Notes under the pieces: generated by a model
Seen by the model: only the letters and a program-made list of their open reading frames with translations
What the model was told of the DNA's origin: nothing
Databases searched by the model: none
Made by a program: the position numbers and the translations under genes
Source of the DNA: an uncultured virus (IMG/VR IMGVR_UViG_3300025128_000023)
Lineage: Duplodnaviria > Heunggongvirae > Uroviricota > Caudoviricetes
Direction: 5' to 3' (one strand)
Length of the DNA: 20,000 nt
IMG/VR virus record: IMGVR_UViG_3300025128_000023
In this document: in pieces, positions 1 through 9,305 of the stretch
Numbering within the stretch: the stretch's first letter is position 1
Layout of the letters: each line of letters opens with the position of its first letter

Positions 1-436
1 CAACAGTGTATTTACAATCTTTTTTTGCCCATACTTCCATATTATCTATTTTAGTTTTCAAAAAGTTATCATTTAAATTAAGGATTTCATTTTGTTTTTC
101 CAAAGATTTGAGTCTTTTTTGTAATTTATTTAGAACATTATTAGGATTTTCTTGTACAATTCCACTCCATTCCTCTAAAATAGAGAGGTATTTGACTTCT
201 AAATGAGGATTAGCTTTTATCATATATGGAAACTCTTTCAGTGCATGAATGATTGTTGCATGGTTTTTAGAAAAGACATTAGCTATGTCTTTTAGTTTAT
301 AACTACCATACCTTCTCAGTATTGTGTATATAATAGCACGAGCTTCTATGTATCTTATTTGTCTGCTTTTAGAAAATATATCAGGCAACAATAGATGTTG
401 TGATGTGATGTTGATTAATGAGTCTATTTTTTTCAT
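1..436 (-). CDS. DnaA C-terminal (domain IV)-like HTH protein, 3'-partial
   Basis: Not in the ORF track because it runs off the window edge. Manual translation from ATG 436: MKKIDSLINITSQHLLLPDIFSKSRQIRYIEARAIIYTILRRYGSYKLKDIANVFSKNHATIIHALKEF. The SR...AR...L..IA..F.KNHATIIHA pattern is typical of DnaA domain IV. Confidence 0.75.
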   Translation of the reverse strand, partial: MKKIDSLINITSQHLLLPDIFSKSRQIRYIEARAIIYTILRRYGSYKLKDIANVFSKNHATIIHALKEFPYMIKANPHLEVKYLSILEEWSGIVQENPNNVLNKLQKRLKSLEKQNEILNLNDNFLKTKIDNMEVWAKKDCKYTV

Positions 437-752
437 TTGATTTGATATAACTATTTAAATTAATTAAGTCTAAGTAATCATCTAATGTAATCATTATTAA
501 ATTACTTAGTGTTGTAACCATCCCAGGTTCTTTTACTATCTCAAGAGCAAAGGGTTGTGCCACATTATCTATATGAACTACACCACCTAATACATAGGAT
601 CTTAATTCATTTGGTGGAAGATCGGTTACATGATCTTCTATAAACTTTCCTATTTTAAAAGCAACCAATGGATGTAATATATGAAGTGCATCCATAAAAT
701 CATCTTCCATTTCATATCCACTATCCTTTATATATTTCTGTTCTAACACCAT
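381..752 (-). CDS. hypothetical phage protein
   Basis: 123 aa ORF, co-oriented and overlapping both neighbours. Confidence 0.7.
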   Translation of the reverse strand: MVLEQKYIKDSGYEMEDDFMDALHILHPLVAFKIGKFIEDHVTDLPPNELRSYVLGGVVHIDNVAQPFALEIVKEPGMVTTLSNLIMITLDDYLDLINLNSYIKSNEKNRLINQHHITTSIVA

Positions 753-960
753 GGTTGTCTAATTCTTTTAATCTATACTCTTGCAACTTAGACACTTTAC
801 CTTCTGGTTTTTTTATTTCAGAAAACAAAACATCACAGTTTGGTGGTATAGCTATTAAATCTGGTATGCCATTCTTGTTGGTCTTTAATAATTTAATAAC
901 ATAGTACCCTTCATCCTCTAACTCTTTAATTCTTTTAGCTTGTATCTTCTGCTCTGTCAT
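721..960 (-). CDS. VRR-NUC / PD-(D/E)XK resolvase-like nuclease
   Basis: MTEQKIQ...GIPDLIAI...FSEIKKPEGKVSKLQEYRLKEL: E..Q, GxPD, ExK and S.LQ motifs; near an SF2 helicase. Confidence 0.85.
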   Translation of the reverse strand: MTEQKIQAKRIKELEDEGYYVIKLLKTNKNGIPDLIAIPPNCDVLFSEIKKPEGKVSKLQEYRLKELDNHGVRTEIYKG

Positions 961-963
961 ATT

Positions 964-1326
964 TTAATTACCTCTTTTACCAGGATTAACTGGGGTTGGG
1001 GGAGGGTTTACTCCACTTGGAGCAGGCTTAATAACTGGCTGAGAATTATTGTTTGAATTACTATTATTAGGTATTGGGTTGGGTTTATTCCAACTTGGGG
1101 AATAAGTTGGAGCACCATTCCAATGATAATAATTCCAATATCTTGGATAGGAATGAACATTATCATAAATACGATATATGTTTGTTGGCTTGATGGCTTC
1201 AATAGGAATTTTTAAAGTATCACCTTCTTCTGTTACAGCTAAGACATGACTTACCTTTATATCCTTTTGGTAATATATAGGTGAACAACCTATAAACAAC
1301 AACATAAAAATTATATACTTTCTCAT
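964..1326 (-). CDS. putative lipoprotein with Pro/Asn-rich tail
   Basis: N-terminus MRKYIIFMLLFIGC (basic, hydrophobic, lipobox-like Cys); low-complexity P/N C-terminus. Confidence 0.6.
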   Translation of the reverse strand: MRKYIIFMLLFIGCSPIYYQKDIKVSHVLAVTEEGDTLKIPIEAIKPTNIYRIYDNVHSYPRYWNYYHWNGAPTYSPSWNKPNPIPNNSNSNNNSQPVIKPAPSGVNPPPTPVNPGKRGN

Positions 1327-1327
1327 A

Positions 1328-2560
1328 CTACAAAGTTAATAAATCCTTTTTGAAGTGAGTTAGCGTGTAATCCTTCTTCTTAACTACTGCTTTGTATATC
1401 TGATCCTCAATGCCTCCCTTGGAAAAAATCCAATATACTTTATTATATAACCTATCCTTTGTAGTCATCCTATCTCGTGACTGCCAGTAACTCGTAGCAC
1501 TAAAGTCAATGTTATAATATACTAATGCTACTGCTTGTTTTAAACTTATACCTTCTCTTCCACTTACTATCTGTAAAGCAATGCTTTTGTCAGTGTTACA
1601 AAACTCTTCCAGTGTGTTACATATTGATTCACCAAACACATCTTTGATAGCTTCATACTCTGCAGTAAACTTATAGAAGATAGCAATCTTTTTATTTTTA
1701 AACATACTTTGTATAAACTTAGCTTTGGTTAAATCTAATACCATAGACTTACCACTCTCAAACTTTACAGTACCTGAATATAGTTGATGTGTTTTAGACA
1801 TCAGCTTCACTGCTGTGTCGGCTAACACCACCTGATCCTTACCTTCTATAACTCTATCAGTGCTAAGTCTTTTAATTATATTTCTTAAATCACTGGGCAC
1901 ATCAACATATAATATTTCCTCATTTGTTTGAACTTTGAATCCAGCTTCTTTCTGTGTATAAGATATAGTATATGGCTTCATCATATCTATAATAGATTGA
2001 AGTCCTTTACTGTAATCATTAATATAATTACCATTAATTTTTCTTTGTCGTACATCCACATATGTTTTAGCAAATGCATAGAAGTTATTAAACTTTCTAA
2101 AAGGATTGTTTCGTATTCCACACACTTGATGATACATCTGACTGTATGATTCAGGAGTAGGAGTGCCTGAAAGCAGTATGGTATATGGCTCATGAGACAG
2201 TAATATATCCATAATCTGTCTCGCCCTCTTACTTTTTTTAGGAAAAGCACCTAAAGTGTGTGCTTCATCACAAATTAATGCGTCCCATGAGACATCACTT
2301 GGAACTTTATGAAGACTCTCGTAGTTAATTACTAATAAATTATAAGTGTGGTTTAATTGTTGATAGTCATTCTCAATACTTGAGATAGCTTTTTTCTTAG
2401 TAACAAATAGACAGTTCGTGACTGGCAGAAGGCTCACCATACTCAAACTCGTAGCTGTCTTACCAGTACGAACCTCCATAGCAAGATACAAAAATTTATG
2501 ATCTTCTAATATAGGTAAACCTTTATTTACTATCTGTTGTTGGTAATCTCTTAGCTTCAA
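1328..2560 (-). CDS. SF2 (SNF2-like) DNA helicase
   Basis: LRDYQ, RTGKT (Walker A), DEAH, LSGTP, GREGISL, QSRDR motifs. Confidence 0.9.
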   Translation of the reverse strand: MKLRDYQQQIVNKGLPILEDHKFLYLAMEVRTGKTATSLSMVSLLPVTNCLFVTKKKAISSIENDYQQLNHTYNLLVINYESLHKVPSDVSWDALICDEAHTLGAFPKKSKRARQIMDILLSHEPYTILLSGTPTPESYSQMYHQVCGIRNNPFRKFNNFYAFAKTYVDVRQRKINGNYINDYSKGLQSIIDMMKPYTISYTQKEAGFKVQTNEEILYVDVPSDLRNIIKRLSTDRVIEGKDQVVLADTAVKLMSKTHQLYSGTVKFESGKSMVLDLTKAKFIQSMFKNKKIAIFYKFTAEYEAIKDVFGESICNTLEEFCNTDKSIALQIVSGREGISLKQAVALVYYNIDFSATSYWQSRDRMTTKDRLYNKVYWIFSKGGIEDQIYKAVVKKKDYTLTHFKKDLLTL

Positions 2561-3900
2561 AGTATATCTTTTAATTGTTGAACAACTGCATATACCACAT
2601 CTACTGTCACTGCATTACCACATGTCTTATATCTTTGAGTATTACTAACTGTTTTTATTTCTCCATTATAATCCCCCATTTTTGTCCAATCATCAGGAAA
2701 ACCCTGTAGTCTTTCACATTCAATAGGTGTTAATCTTCTTATTTTACCAGTAGTTTTCTCTAATTTTTTTAACATAGACAAATACTCTGAAGAAGATCCT
2801 CCTCTTCCTATTGCCCCAGTAAGTGTGCCACTTACTGATTCATCTACCTTTAAGTTGTCCATTTTATCTTGTTGATTATCATTTAATATGATTCCATTTG
2901 GCTCAGAAGAACGAATAGTAAAAGCATCATCCCCTTCTTGTTTGATAGCATTACCATAGTTTTTAGAATTACCTAATTGTGTAGGCACTACCACACTATC
3001 CAAGGGGTGTGTAGTTACTGCATTAGAAACATCATCTTCCCTAATTTCTAATCTCTTAGACCTATTATCTTCTTCTCCTTTAGGTTTTTGTCTTGGGTAA
3101 GTTCTTAGTGCTCCTGAAATAGCCAGTGGTGGCATAGTGCTAATATCTTTTTCACTATGTCTTCTTGCAGATAAACAAGGGCTTTCATCATCTTCTCTTA
3201 TTCTCAGACCTTCATCATTTCGATAGTCTGCCATCTTTACATAAGTATCAGAAGAGCCCATCTTCCAATACCTGGCAGTTATTGTTCGTGCAGATCGAGG
3301 TCTCCCACTTGAAAGTTCCCCTTCTTTGTCCCCTGTCGATCCATTAGGAACTGTGTCATCTTTTTGGATAGGAAAAATTCCTTTCCAATCTCTTGGGGGG
3401 TCTGCAGAATATCCGACAAGGTAGATTCTCTCTCTGTTTTGGGGTAAAAACCACGATGTATTACACAGTTGCCATTCAAGTCTATAGCCCCCAATGTCGG
3501 TAAAGGCTTGGAGGATTGCCGCAAAGTCTTCGCCAGAGTTTGAGGAGAAAGTTCCTTTAACATTTTCCCAGATAAAAACTCTTGGTCTGCATTCCCGAAT
3601 GAGCCTAATTGCTTCAAGGATAAGGCTTGATCTTTCGCCATCCATCCCCCTACGCTTTCCTGCCAAGCTAAAGTCTTGACAAGGGCTTCCAAAGGTGATA
3701 ACATCGATTTTTGGTAATTGTTCTCTTCGAACATCTGTAACTGATCCGACATATGTACTATTTTTAAAGTTATGTTTATATATTGCTATAGCATGTTGGT
3801 CTACCTCAGAAAAATAAGAGTCACATTCATAGCCAGCTCTTTCAAATCCAAGTTTAAAACCTCCAATACCTGAAAATAAATCTAATATATTTAATTTCAT
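2557..3900 (-). CDS. dcm: C5 DNA cytosine methyltransferase with long variable region
   Basis: DLFSGIGG (I), GSPCQDFS (IV), ENVKG (VI), PQNRERIY (VIII), RRLTPIECERLQGFPD (IX), YKTCGNAV (X). Confidence 0.95.
   Translation of the reverse strand: MKLNILDLFSGIGGFKLGFERAGYECDSYFSEVDQHAIAIYKHNFKNSTYVGSVTDVRREQLPKIDVITFGSPCQDFSLAGKRRGMDGERSSLILEAIRLIRECRPRVFIWENVKGTFSSNSGEDFAAILQAFTDIGGYRLEWQLCNTSWFLPQNRERIYLVGYSADPPRDWKGIFPIQKDDTVPNGSTGDKEGELSSGRPRSARTITARYWKMGSSDTYVKMADYRNDEGLRIREDDESPCLSARRHSEKDISTMPPLAISGALRTYPRQKPKGEEDNRSKRLEIREDDVSNAVTTHPLDSVVVPTQLGNSKNYGNAIKQEGDDAFTIRSSEPNGIILNDNQQDKMDNLKVDESVSGTLTGAIGRGGSSSEYLSMLKKLEKTTGKIRRLTPIECERLQGFPDDWTKMGDYNGEIKTVSNTQRYKTCGNAVTVDVVYAVVQQLKDIL
3279..3752 (-). 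CDS. nested alternative-frame ORF in dcm; candidate methyltransferase beta-type subunit
   Basis: 157 aa ATG-initiated ORF wholly inside dcm on the same strand; contains STLSDILQ...KEFFLSKK, resembling the LsdiLe...kyyLS segment of C5-MTases. Confidence 0.55.
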   Translation of the reverse strand: MSDQLQMFEENNYQKSMLSPLEALVKTLAWQESVGGWMAKDQALSLKQLGSFGNADQEFLSGKMLKELSPQTLAKTLRQSSKPLPTLGAIDLNGNCVIHRGFYPKTERESTLSDILQTPQEIGKEFFLSKKMTQFLMDRQGTKKGNFQVGDLDLHEQ

Positions 3901-3901
3901 A

Positions 3902-6310
3902 TTAAAATGGGAAGTCTGATTGTTCTTCCAGTTTATGTTTACTTATAAATCTAATCCATTTTCCTGGATTATCTCTTCCTTCTTGTGGTGCACATTCCCA
4001 TTTAAACTCTGCGAAAGCACACAACCATTTGTAGAATCTTCTACGAGGTACTGTCATCTTAGACTTTGGAGCAAAGTCAGGGTTCTCTTCTATAAAATCT
4101 AAATACAAATCATTCAGAAATATCTTGGTGTTTAACACCAACTTGTCGTTGACTGTACCACCTACAACACCACACCATTCAATAAACTCGTGGCATGTTT
4201 CGGCAGATAATTTTCTAACCTTCAAGTTAACAAAATCACTTTGGATTAATCCATACTGCAAGTAGAGTTGAAGACATTCAATCATAAACACATCGAACTG
4301 ACACCACTCCTCATCATCCCATTCACCAAACATCATCTTGCCAAACTCTTTTAATGGAGTAAAATCTTTCGTATAATACTGGGCTAATTCTAACTCCCAC
4401 TTTCTTCTTTCGAAGGATGAGCCTTTACCTTTGATAGCATAGTTAGTTGTAATAGCTACCTTTGGACTCTTGGCAAATGGTATCTTAATTGCATCTTTGT
4501 TTTTCTTTTCAAGAGTTAATCCTTCTGTAACTACAGAGAATAATCTTTCAAAGTTAAAGTGTTTGCTTACATCATCAAAGCATAGTATCTGTGTGTCTGC
4601 ACTAACTAACTGATATGCAAAGCTTCTTTCAAAGTTAAATGACTTACCATCAATTACGACTACCTTCTTCATCTGTGATATCCCATTCATAAATAAACCC
4701 TTACCAGTACCCCCTTCTGGATTGTCTGATATAACCTCATCATTTAAGATTGTAGCTGGGCAGTATGCTAAATTTTTATAAGCATGAAGTAGATATCCTA
4801 TTGTAGATTTCATCGATCTGACTCTACTTTCATCTTGACCACATATGTTTGTAATAAAGGTACGATAATCACAAGCCTGTACCTCACACTCTGTAAACAC
4901 TCTATCAATGACATGATCCTTCCATACATACCCCCCTATATCGAGGTAGTCTATGATGGTTAGAGCCTCATGCGAAATTTTTACAGCTCCATTTTTATAA
5001 TATAAATATGCAGTGTCTTTATCATCTTCTATAAAGTACACATCTATAGAACTAAGCAAGGTCAAGAACTCCTCTCGAAAATACCTGGTGTTCTCTGCAA
5101 AGTAATTATAAATAGATAAGTCATCCATCTCTTGTAGATATTCTAAAATAAAATCTTTGATTTCTTTTTCTGAGGTGTGGTCAATTAGATTGTTTGTTAC
5201 CCTTACAAATACATAGTTCTTACTACCTTCAGGATTAAATTTATAAAAGCCATTCTCCTCTAAGAAATGTTTAAATAATATGTGTACTATTTTTATAGTA
5301 CCCTTATCATTCTTAGTCCAAAACTTATGATTGGATTGTTCTTCCTCTATCCTATTGATTACATTGTCTATTGTAACTTCATCTATTTCCTTCTCTTTTA
5401 ATTGAGTTCTTATATCTTTTTTAGAGACACCTCTTTTTAGTTTATGTCTTATCTGATTTACTTTATCTTCATCTTCATAATACTTTTTGCCAAAGTTTTG
5501 TTGTTGAGCATATGCACTATCTATAGTTCTTTTAATTTCAGATCTGTCAAAGTTTCTTGACTCATATTGATTTAAAATATACTCTGCTAAGTTTTGATTA
5601 ATACCATAATCATTGAAAGCTGCAGCCAATACATATGTGTGATGGTTTCTTTGCCCTTCATTCATAGGATATTTTTTCTCCCACCACTTAACTAATATCT
5701 CTACAATTTTATTTTCATCAGTGACTGGTATCGTTGCTTTATCTACATGCTTAATATACTCAGTGTATTCCTCTTCTTCTATTCTATCCCAAGTGCTTGA
5801 TGTTTCATTTATAAATATAAGTGGATCATAAGATTCATAACACACCCTTGATATATTTTTACTGGTAGTGTCAAAGTTTGGAGACTTAAAATACTTTTCT
5901 AAACTTTTAAAATAATTAATATGTTGTTCAGGATCGGTAGGAATCTTCACTAATGCTTTTAAACCCTTACCACTGGGAGATATAAATACTGAGTAGATAT
6001 ATTTATTTTTTGTTAGTCTTTCTTTTTCCTGGAGCATGTCTCGATTTGCACCATACCCATCAAAGTCTAAGCAAATCAAACCACTGTGTTGATTTAGGGA
6101 GTTGTCATTTCGTTGAGTGAATGTTCCAGAAAAACATATAGATGGAAGGTTTTGTTTTAGTTTATTTCTTTGTTCCTTGTCCTTAGTGTTTCTTATCTTC
6201 TTAACTAATTCTTTGGAAGATCCATCTTTTATCCTTTGTAATATAACATCAACTGATCTGTAGAAAGGCTGACTGGTATCTTTTATATCCTTGAAGATAG
6301 TTATGTTCAT
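3902..6310 (-). CDS. primase-helicase (BT4734/VirE N-terminal-like + PriCT-like + P-loop NTPase)
   Basis: KQNLPSICFSGTF, HSGLICLDFD, FISPSGKGLKALV, SRVCYESYDP; EGQRNH (PriCT-like); GGTGKG Walker A, FDD Walker B. Confidence 0.85.
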   Translation of the reverse strand: MNITIFKDIKDTSQPFYRSVDVILQRIKDGSSKELVKKIRNTKDKEQRNKLKQNLPSICFSGTFTQRNDNSLNQHSGLICLDFDGYGANRDMLQEKERLTKNKYIYSVFISPSGKGLKALVKIPTDPEQHINYFKSLEKYFKSPNFDTTSKNISRVCYESYDPLIFINETSSTWDRIEEEEYTEYIKHVDKATIPVTDENKIVEILVKWWEKKYPMNEGQRNHHTYVLAAAFNDYGINQNLAEYILNQYESRNFDRSEIKRTIDSAYAQQQNFGKKYYEDEDKVNQIRHKLKRGVSKKDIRTQLKEKEIDEVTIDNVINRIEEEQSNHKFWTKNDKGTIKIVHILFKHFLEENGFYKFNPEGSKNYVFVRVTNNLIDHTSEKEIKDFILEYLQEMDDLSIYNYFAENTRYFREEFLTLLSSIDVYFIEDDKDTAYLYYKNGAVKISHEALTIIDYLDIGGYVWKDHVIDRVFTECEVQACDYRTFITNICGQDESRVRSMKSTIGYLLHAYKNLAYCPATILNDEVISDNPEGGTGKGLFMNGISQMKKVVVIDGKSFNFERSFAYQLVSADTQILCFDDVSKHFNFERLFSVVTEGLTLEKKNKDAIKIPFAKSPKVAITTNYAIKGKGSSFERRKWELELAQYYTKDFTPLKEFGKMMFGEWDDEEWCQFDVFMIECLQLYLQYGLIQSDFVNLKVRKLSAETCHEFIEWCGVVGGTVNDKLVLNTKIFLNDLYLDFIEENPDFAPKSKMTVPRRRFYKWLCAFAEFKWECAPQEGRDNPGKWIRFISKHKLEEQSDFPF

Positions 6311-6312
6311 TC

Positions 6313-6473
6313 TGTGTTGATTTAATTAAAGTTAATTTACTGACAATCAATACTTTATATTTATTTGTGTTGATTGTGTTGAAAATATGTTAAAAAATAT
6401 ATAGAATAAAAATATTAAAAAAATATTTATTCTGATGTGTGAAAAGTGAAATTTTTATAACACAATTAACACA
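6313..6473. repeat. origin-like element 1: inverted pairs of TGTGTT(G/A)A repeats around an AT-rich spacer, with an IHF-consensus site
   Basis: TGTGTTGATTGTGTTG (6366-6381) inverted to TAACACAATTAACACA (6458-6473); AATCAATACTTTA (6345-6357) matches WATCAANNNNTTR. Confidence 0.6.
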
Positions 6474-6479
6474 AGATGC

Positions 6480-6503
6480 AAAAAAAAGGGGAGATTACTC
6501 CCC
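6480..6503 (-). terminator. intrinsic terminator downstream of the SSB-like gene
   Basis: minus strand GGGGAG-TAAT-CTCCCC-TTTTTTTT. Confidence 0.85.
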
Positions 6504-6537
6504 AATTCATTGCACGCCTTTCGACTACCAAACAATC

Positions 6538-6813
6538 TTAAAATGGTAAGTCAGTTCGTGTGTCTGACTCTGCCACAGCTTGTGGTTGCTCTTTAGTCTC
6601 TCCTTGTGGTTTAGGTACAAATTGATCTAACTCCACATAAGGTTTACCTGAAGATGCAGTTAAAACATTTAGGTTAACCCAACCATTTCGAGCATTACTT
6701 TTAAGAAAAGGAATTGCATCCTCTACCTTAACACTTAAATTTCCGATTACAAAATCGGGAGCATTTTCTCTTCTCTTGAAGGAAAAGCCATCTGCAAAAA
6801 CTTTGTCTGCCAT
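6538..6813 (-). CDS. putative single-stranded DNA-binding protein
   Basis: Short beta-rich protein with a flexible tail ending TDLPF (SSB-type C-terminus), next to nuclease and annealase genes. Confidence 0.6.
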   Translation of the reverse strand: MADKVFADGFSFKRRENAPDFVIGNLSVKVEDAIPFLKSNARNGWVNLNVLTASSGKPYVELDQFVPKPQGETKEQPQAVAESDTRTDLPF

Positions 6814-6815
6814 AA

Positions 6816-7013
6816 TTATCTAATTTTAATATTACTCTCCAAGTGTTCAATAGTAGCCAGGATGATTTCATCCTTCTCTTGTCTACTTTCACAGATGCTT
6901 GGAGTTTCCATCTGTATTATCTTCTTTCCATAGATTCTCTGTTTTAAGTTAAGACATAACTTACAGAGTTTGTCTATGAATGTACGAATTAATATCATCG
7001 TTAGCCTCATCAC
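6816..7013 (-). CDS. small hypothetical protein; start uncertain (possibly ATG 6911)
   Basis: Fills the gap between nuclease and SSB-like genes. Confidence 0.35.
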   Translation of the reverse strand: MMRLTMILIRTFIDKLCKLCLNLKQRIYGKKIIQMETPSICESRQEKDEIILATIEHLESNIKIR

Positions 7014-7698
7014 TAAAAAATTTATTATATATTTCTGTTGCTTGTTCTACTTTTCGTTGCCCCGATCTGAGAAATTCAGAAGAGCAATCATATATACCTA
7101 ACCTGGTAGTGTTCTTACATATAACAAAGAACACCATTGGTTTACCAAACATTCTTTGATACAGATATGCTTGACTATCATAATTATAGGTCTTAGCCGA
7201 GTACATAAATTTATCGATGTCCGAGCTGGTCTTAATGTCAATAAGATATTCTGAATGTACGATATCAGCTTTACCTTTCCACCAATTACCCATAATTTGC
7301 TCTACTTGGGGCACTTCATATTCATTGCCCTCTGCATAAATAAAATCATACATCTCCAGGTTACCTTTCATCTTCTCGACCAGTGCATCGATGTGCTCTG
7401 CTTCGTGCCTTAACAAAAGTATGTCATCTTTTGGACACATTTCTTTGTAGGCTTTAGTCGATCTTGATGCAACATCTACGATTTGATAATCTTTAACTTT
7501 GTCAGGCTCAATCATACAAGCATGAAAGTAAGATCCTTGAATCATTGGCTTTGTCGTAAGTTGTGGTACTCTAAATTGTGTAGGATTTTTAAGTAGATAT
7601 ATTATGTCAGAGTTTGACAAATATTGTTTGCCATACTTACCATAATAAAACTCATCATTCTTTAGTTTGTCTAAGGCTTGTGCTATAGGCTCTATCAT
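6961..7698 (-). CDS. PD-(D/E)XK exonuclease (DUF3799/RecE-like)
   Basis: YLSNS, GSYFH..IEP, KGKADI...IDIKT, YDSQAYLY motifs. Confidence 0.85.
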   Translation of the reverse strand: MIEPIAQALDKLKNDEFYYGKYGKQYLSNSDIIYLLKNPTQFRVPQLTTKPMIQGSYFHACMIEPDKVKDYQIVDVASRSTKAYKEMCPKDDILLLRHEAEHIDALVEKMKGNLEMYDFIYAEGNEYEVPQVEQIMGNWWKGKADIVHSEYLIDIKTSSDIDKFMYSAKTYNYDSQAYLYQRMFGKPMVFFVICKNTTRLGIYDCSSEFLRSGQRKVEQATEIYNKFFSDEANDDINSYIHRQTL

Positions 7699-8288
7699 TA
7701 TTTCAAATGTTTACCGAGTTCCTTCTTTACCGTAGTAGTAACCTTATATTTAGTTGAAAGGTTTTTAACTATAGCACTCAGACCTAACTCTTTGTTAGCA
7801 ACAACATACTTCAATACCTTATCCCAGTTATCATCATCTACTTGTAACTCATAAGTTACATTCTTTGGTTGAGAGATTTTTTTCTCAGTAGCACTTATAA
7901 CATCTTCTCCAACCCATAAAGACAATCCTAATCCATGCATTGCCACTGCCTTAGCAGTAGACCTTTGAATAGCAGTGTTAACATCCATAGATGTAATCTT
8001 TTCTATTCTGATTGAATTGTTTCTGAAATCCATTATAGGTAGGTAATCGATATGCTCTATATCATTTATAGTAATACCGACTTTAACATAAGCAGTTCTG
8101 CCATCAGTAAAAAAGTTCAAGCCAGTAGCCTGATCCTCATAAACATTTCTTTGTGCATTGGGATATCTTAATTTAACGAATGCCCAAGCATTAGCCCAAG
8201 ATAAATAATCAAAGTTTCCTTTTTTCTCTACCTTATCTTTGATGTTGACTTTAGCCAACTCTTCAAAATAATTGTTTTGTTTTGCCAT
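7698..8288 (-). CDS. Sak/DUF1071-like single-strand annealing protein
   Basis: VEKKGNFDYLSWANAW, LPIMDFRN, DVNTAIQR..AKAVAMHGLGLSLW.GED. Confidence 0.85.
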   Translation of the reverse strand: MAKQNNYFEELAKVNIKDKVEKKGNFDYLSWANAWAFVKLRYPNAQRNVYEDQATGLNFFTDGRTAYVKVGITINDIEHIDYLPIMDFRNNSIRIEKITSMDVNTAIQRSTAKAVAMHGLGLSLWVGEDVISATEKKISQPKNVTYELQVDDDNWDKVLKYVVANKELGLSAIVKNLSTKYKVTTTVKKELGKHLK

Positions 8289-8294
8289 TTAATT

Positions 8295-8690
8295 TTAATT
8301 TAATTGATTTAACTTCTGTTTTAATTTAGTATACTTATTTAGTATATTTTCTCTTCTGTTTTTTAAGTTCTGTATATGCTTATCATTCTTCCTGGTGTTA
8401 ACCTCAGTCTTAATTTTATCTTCAATCAATCCCAACTTAAACAAGCAGTTTGATATGGATAAATTAACAGAGCCTCTTCTCCAACCACCATGATAGAAGA
8501 TATTATACTCATCTTCATCTAATATCTTATAGTAGTCTCCACCCTTATTCATATTGAGCATCTCAATCCTATCTCCAAATCTTTGCATCCTCACACCCGA
8601 TCCGATAATCAACTCTCCCTTTGGGACTTGTTGTAGGACCGCCGATGCATCCCCAAGTGCTTGTAACCATATCTCTTCTAAACTATACAC
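8295..8690 (-). CDS. hypothetical phage protein
   Basis: 131 aa ORF with coiled-coil-like C-terminus, overlapping the upstream gene. Confidence 0.7.
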   Translation of the reverse strand: MYSLEEIWLQALGDASAVLQQVPKGELIIGSGVRMQRFGDRIEMLNMNKGGDYYKILDEDEYNIFYHGGWRRGSVNLSISNCLFKLGLIEDKIKTEVNTRKNDKHIQNLKNRRENILNKYTKLKQKLNQLN

Positions 8691-8979
8691 TCTCTTTTAT
8701 TTTATTAACCAAGTGTTTGTAGTCAGGATCGTTGTCTATAAGTTTCTTTGCTCTTTCATATCCATGAAGGATAGAACTCATAGGAACATCATAGCCATGA
8801 TCCTCTAAATAAGACTTAATAAATGTAAGTCTAATTGGTCGTTCCATACATAGCAGATATAATATCTGTCGTGCATCAACTTGGTTTCTTCTTTTAGATT
8901 TTTCGAACAACTTGTCCATTTCTAAATGAAATGCCTTCGCTACAGCTTTAGCATACTTTTCGAATATTTCTCTTTTCAT
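8683..8979 (-). CDS. DnaA C-terminal-like HTH protein (divergent)
   Basis: KSKRRNQVDARQILYLLC...I..YL...SSILHGY resembles DnaA domain IV (SR...v.aRq.amyl...HstvihA). Confidence 0.6.
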   Translation of the reverse strand: MKREIFEKYAKAVAKAFHLEMDKLFEKSKRRNQVDARQILYLLCMERPIRLTFIKSYLEDHGYDVPMSSILHGYERAKKLIDNDPDYKHLVNKIKESV

Positions 8980-9305
8980 TTAAATTCTTTTAATTTTTCT
9001 CGTTTTGATTCTAATAACTTATCTTTAATTACTTGGTCCTCTTTTAATATTTGTACTTTAAGCAGAATTAAATATCCAATCAAATCTTTAAGTGTGTCCT
9101 CTGACTTCAAAGGATCATCAAAACCTAACTTCTTGATTCTACTTAACTTGTCATCTATTCGTGCCAAGATTCCTTCCTTAGCCGATAGCTTACTAAATAT
9201 TTGTGGAGGATGATTGGCAGTGTCTCCATAGTTCTTGTTCTTTTCTATAAGTAACATCACTACTTCTCTTCCCACTTCTTTTATAAAGTCTGCAGTATTT
9301 TTCAT
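8976..9305 (-). CDS. nucleotide-modification associated domain 1 (Nmad1/DUF1599-like) protein
   Basis: KNKNYGD...RIDDKLSRI...EDTLKDLIGY; start moved to ATG 9305, which forms an ATGA overlap with the upstream ORF. Confidence 0.75.
   Translation of the reverse strand: MKNTADFIKEVGREVVMLLIEKNKNYGDTANHPPQIFSKLSAKEGILARIDDKLSRIKKLGFDDPLKSEDTLKDLIGYLILLKVQILKEDQVIKDKLLESKREKLKEFK

Noticed and set aside
1987..2250. Same-strand alternative-frame ORFs inside the helicase (1987-2250) and the lipoprotein gene (1008-1202)
   Set aside because: Short, with no recognisable motif, unlike the nested ORF in dcm.
6504..6537. Small GTC-GAAA-GGC hairpin with TTTGGTAG upstream of the SSB terminator, as a third copy of the UGGUGGUAGA motif or a riboswitch
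   Set aside because: Lacks the 10-bp upper stem and the basal pairing; too short to support a call.
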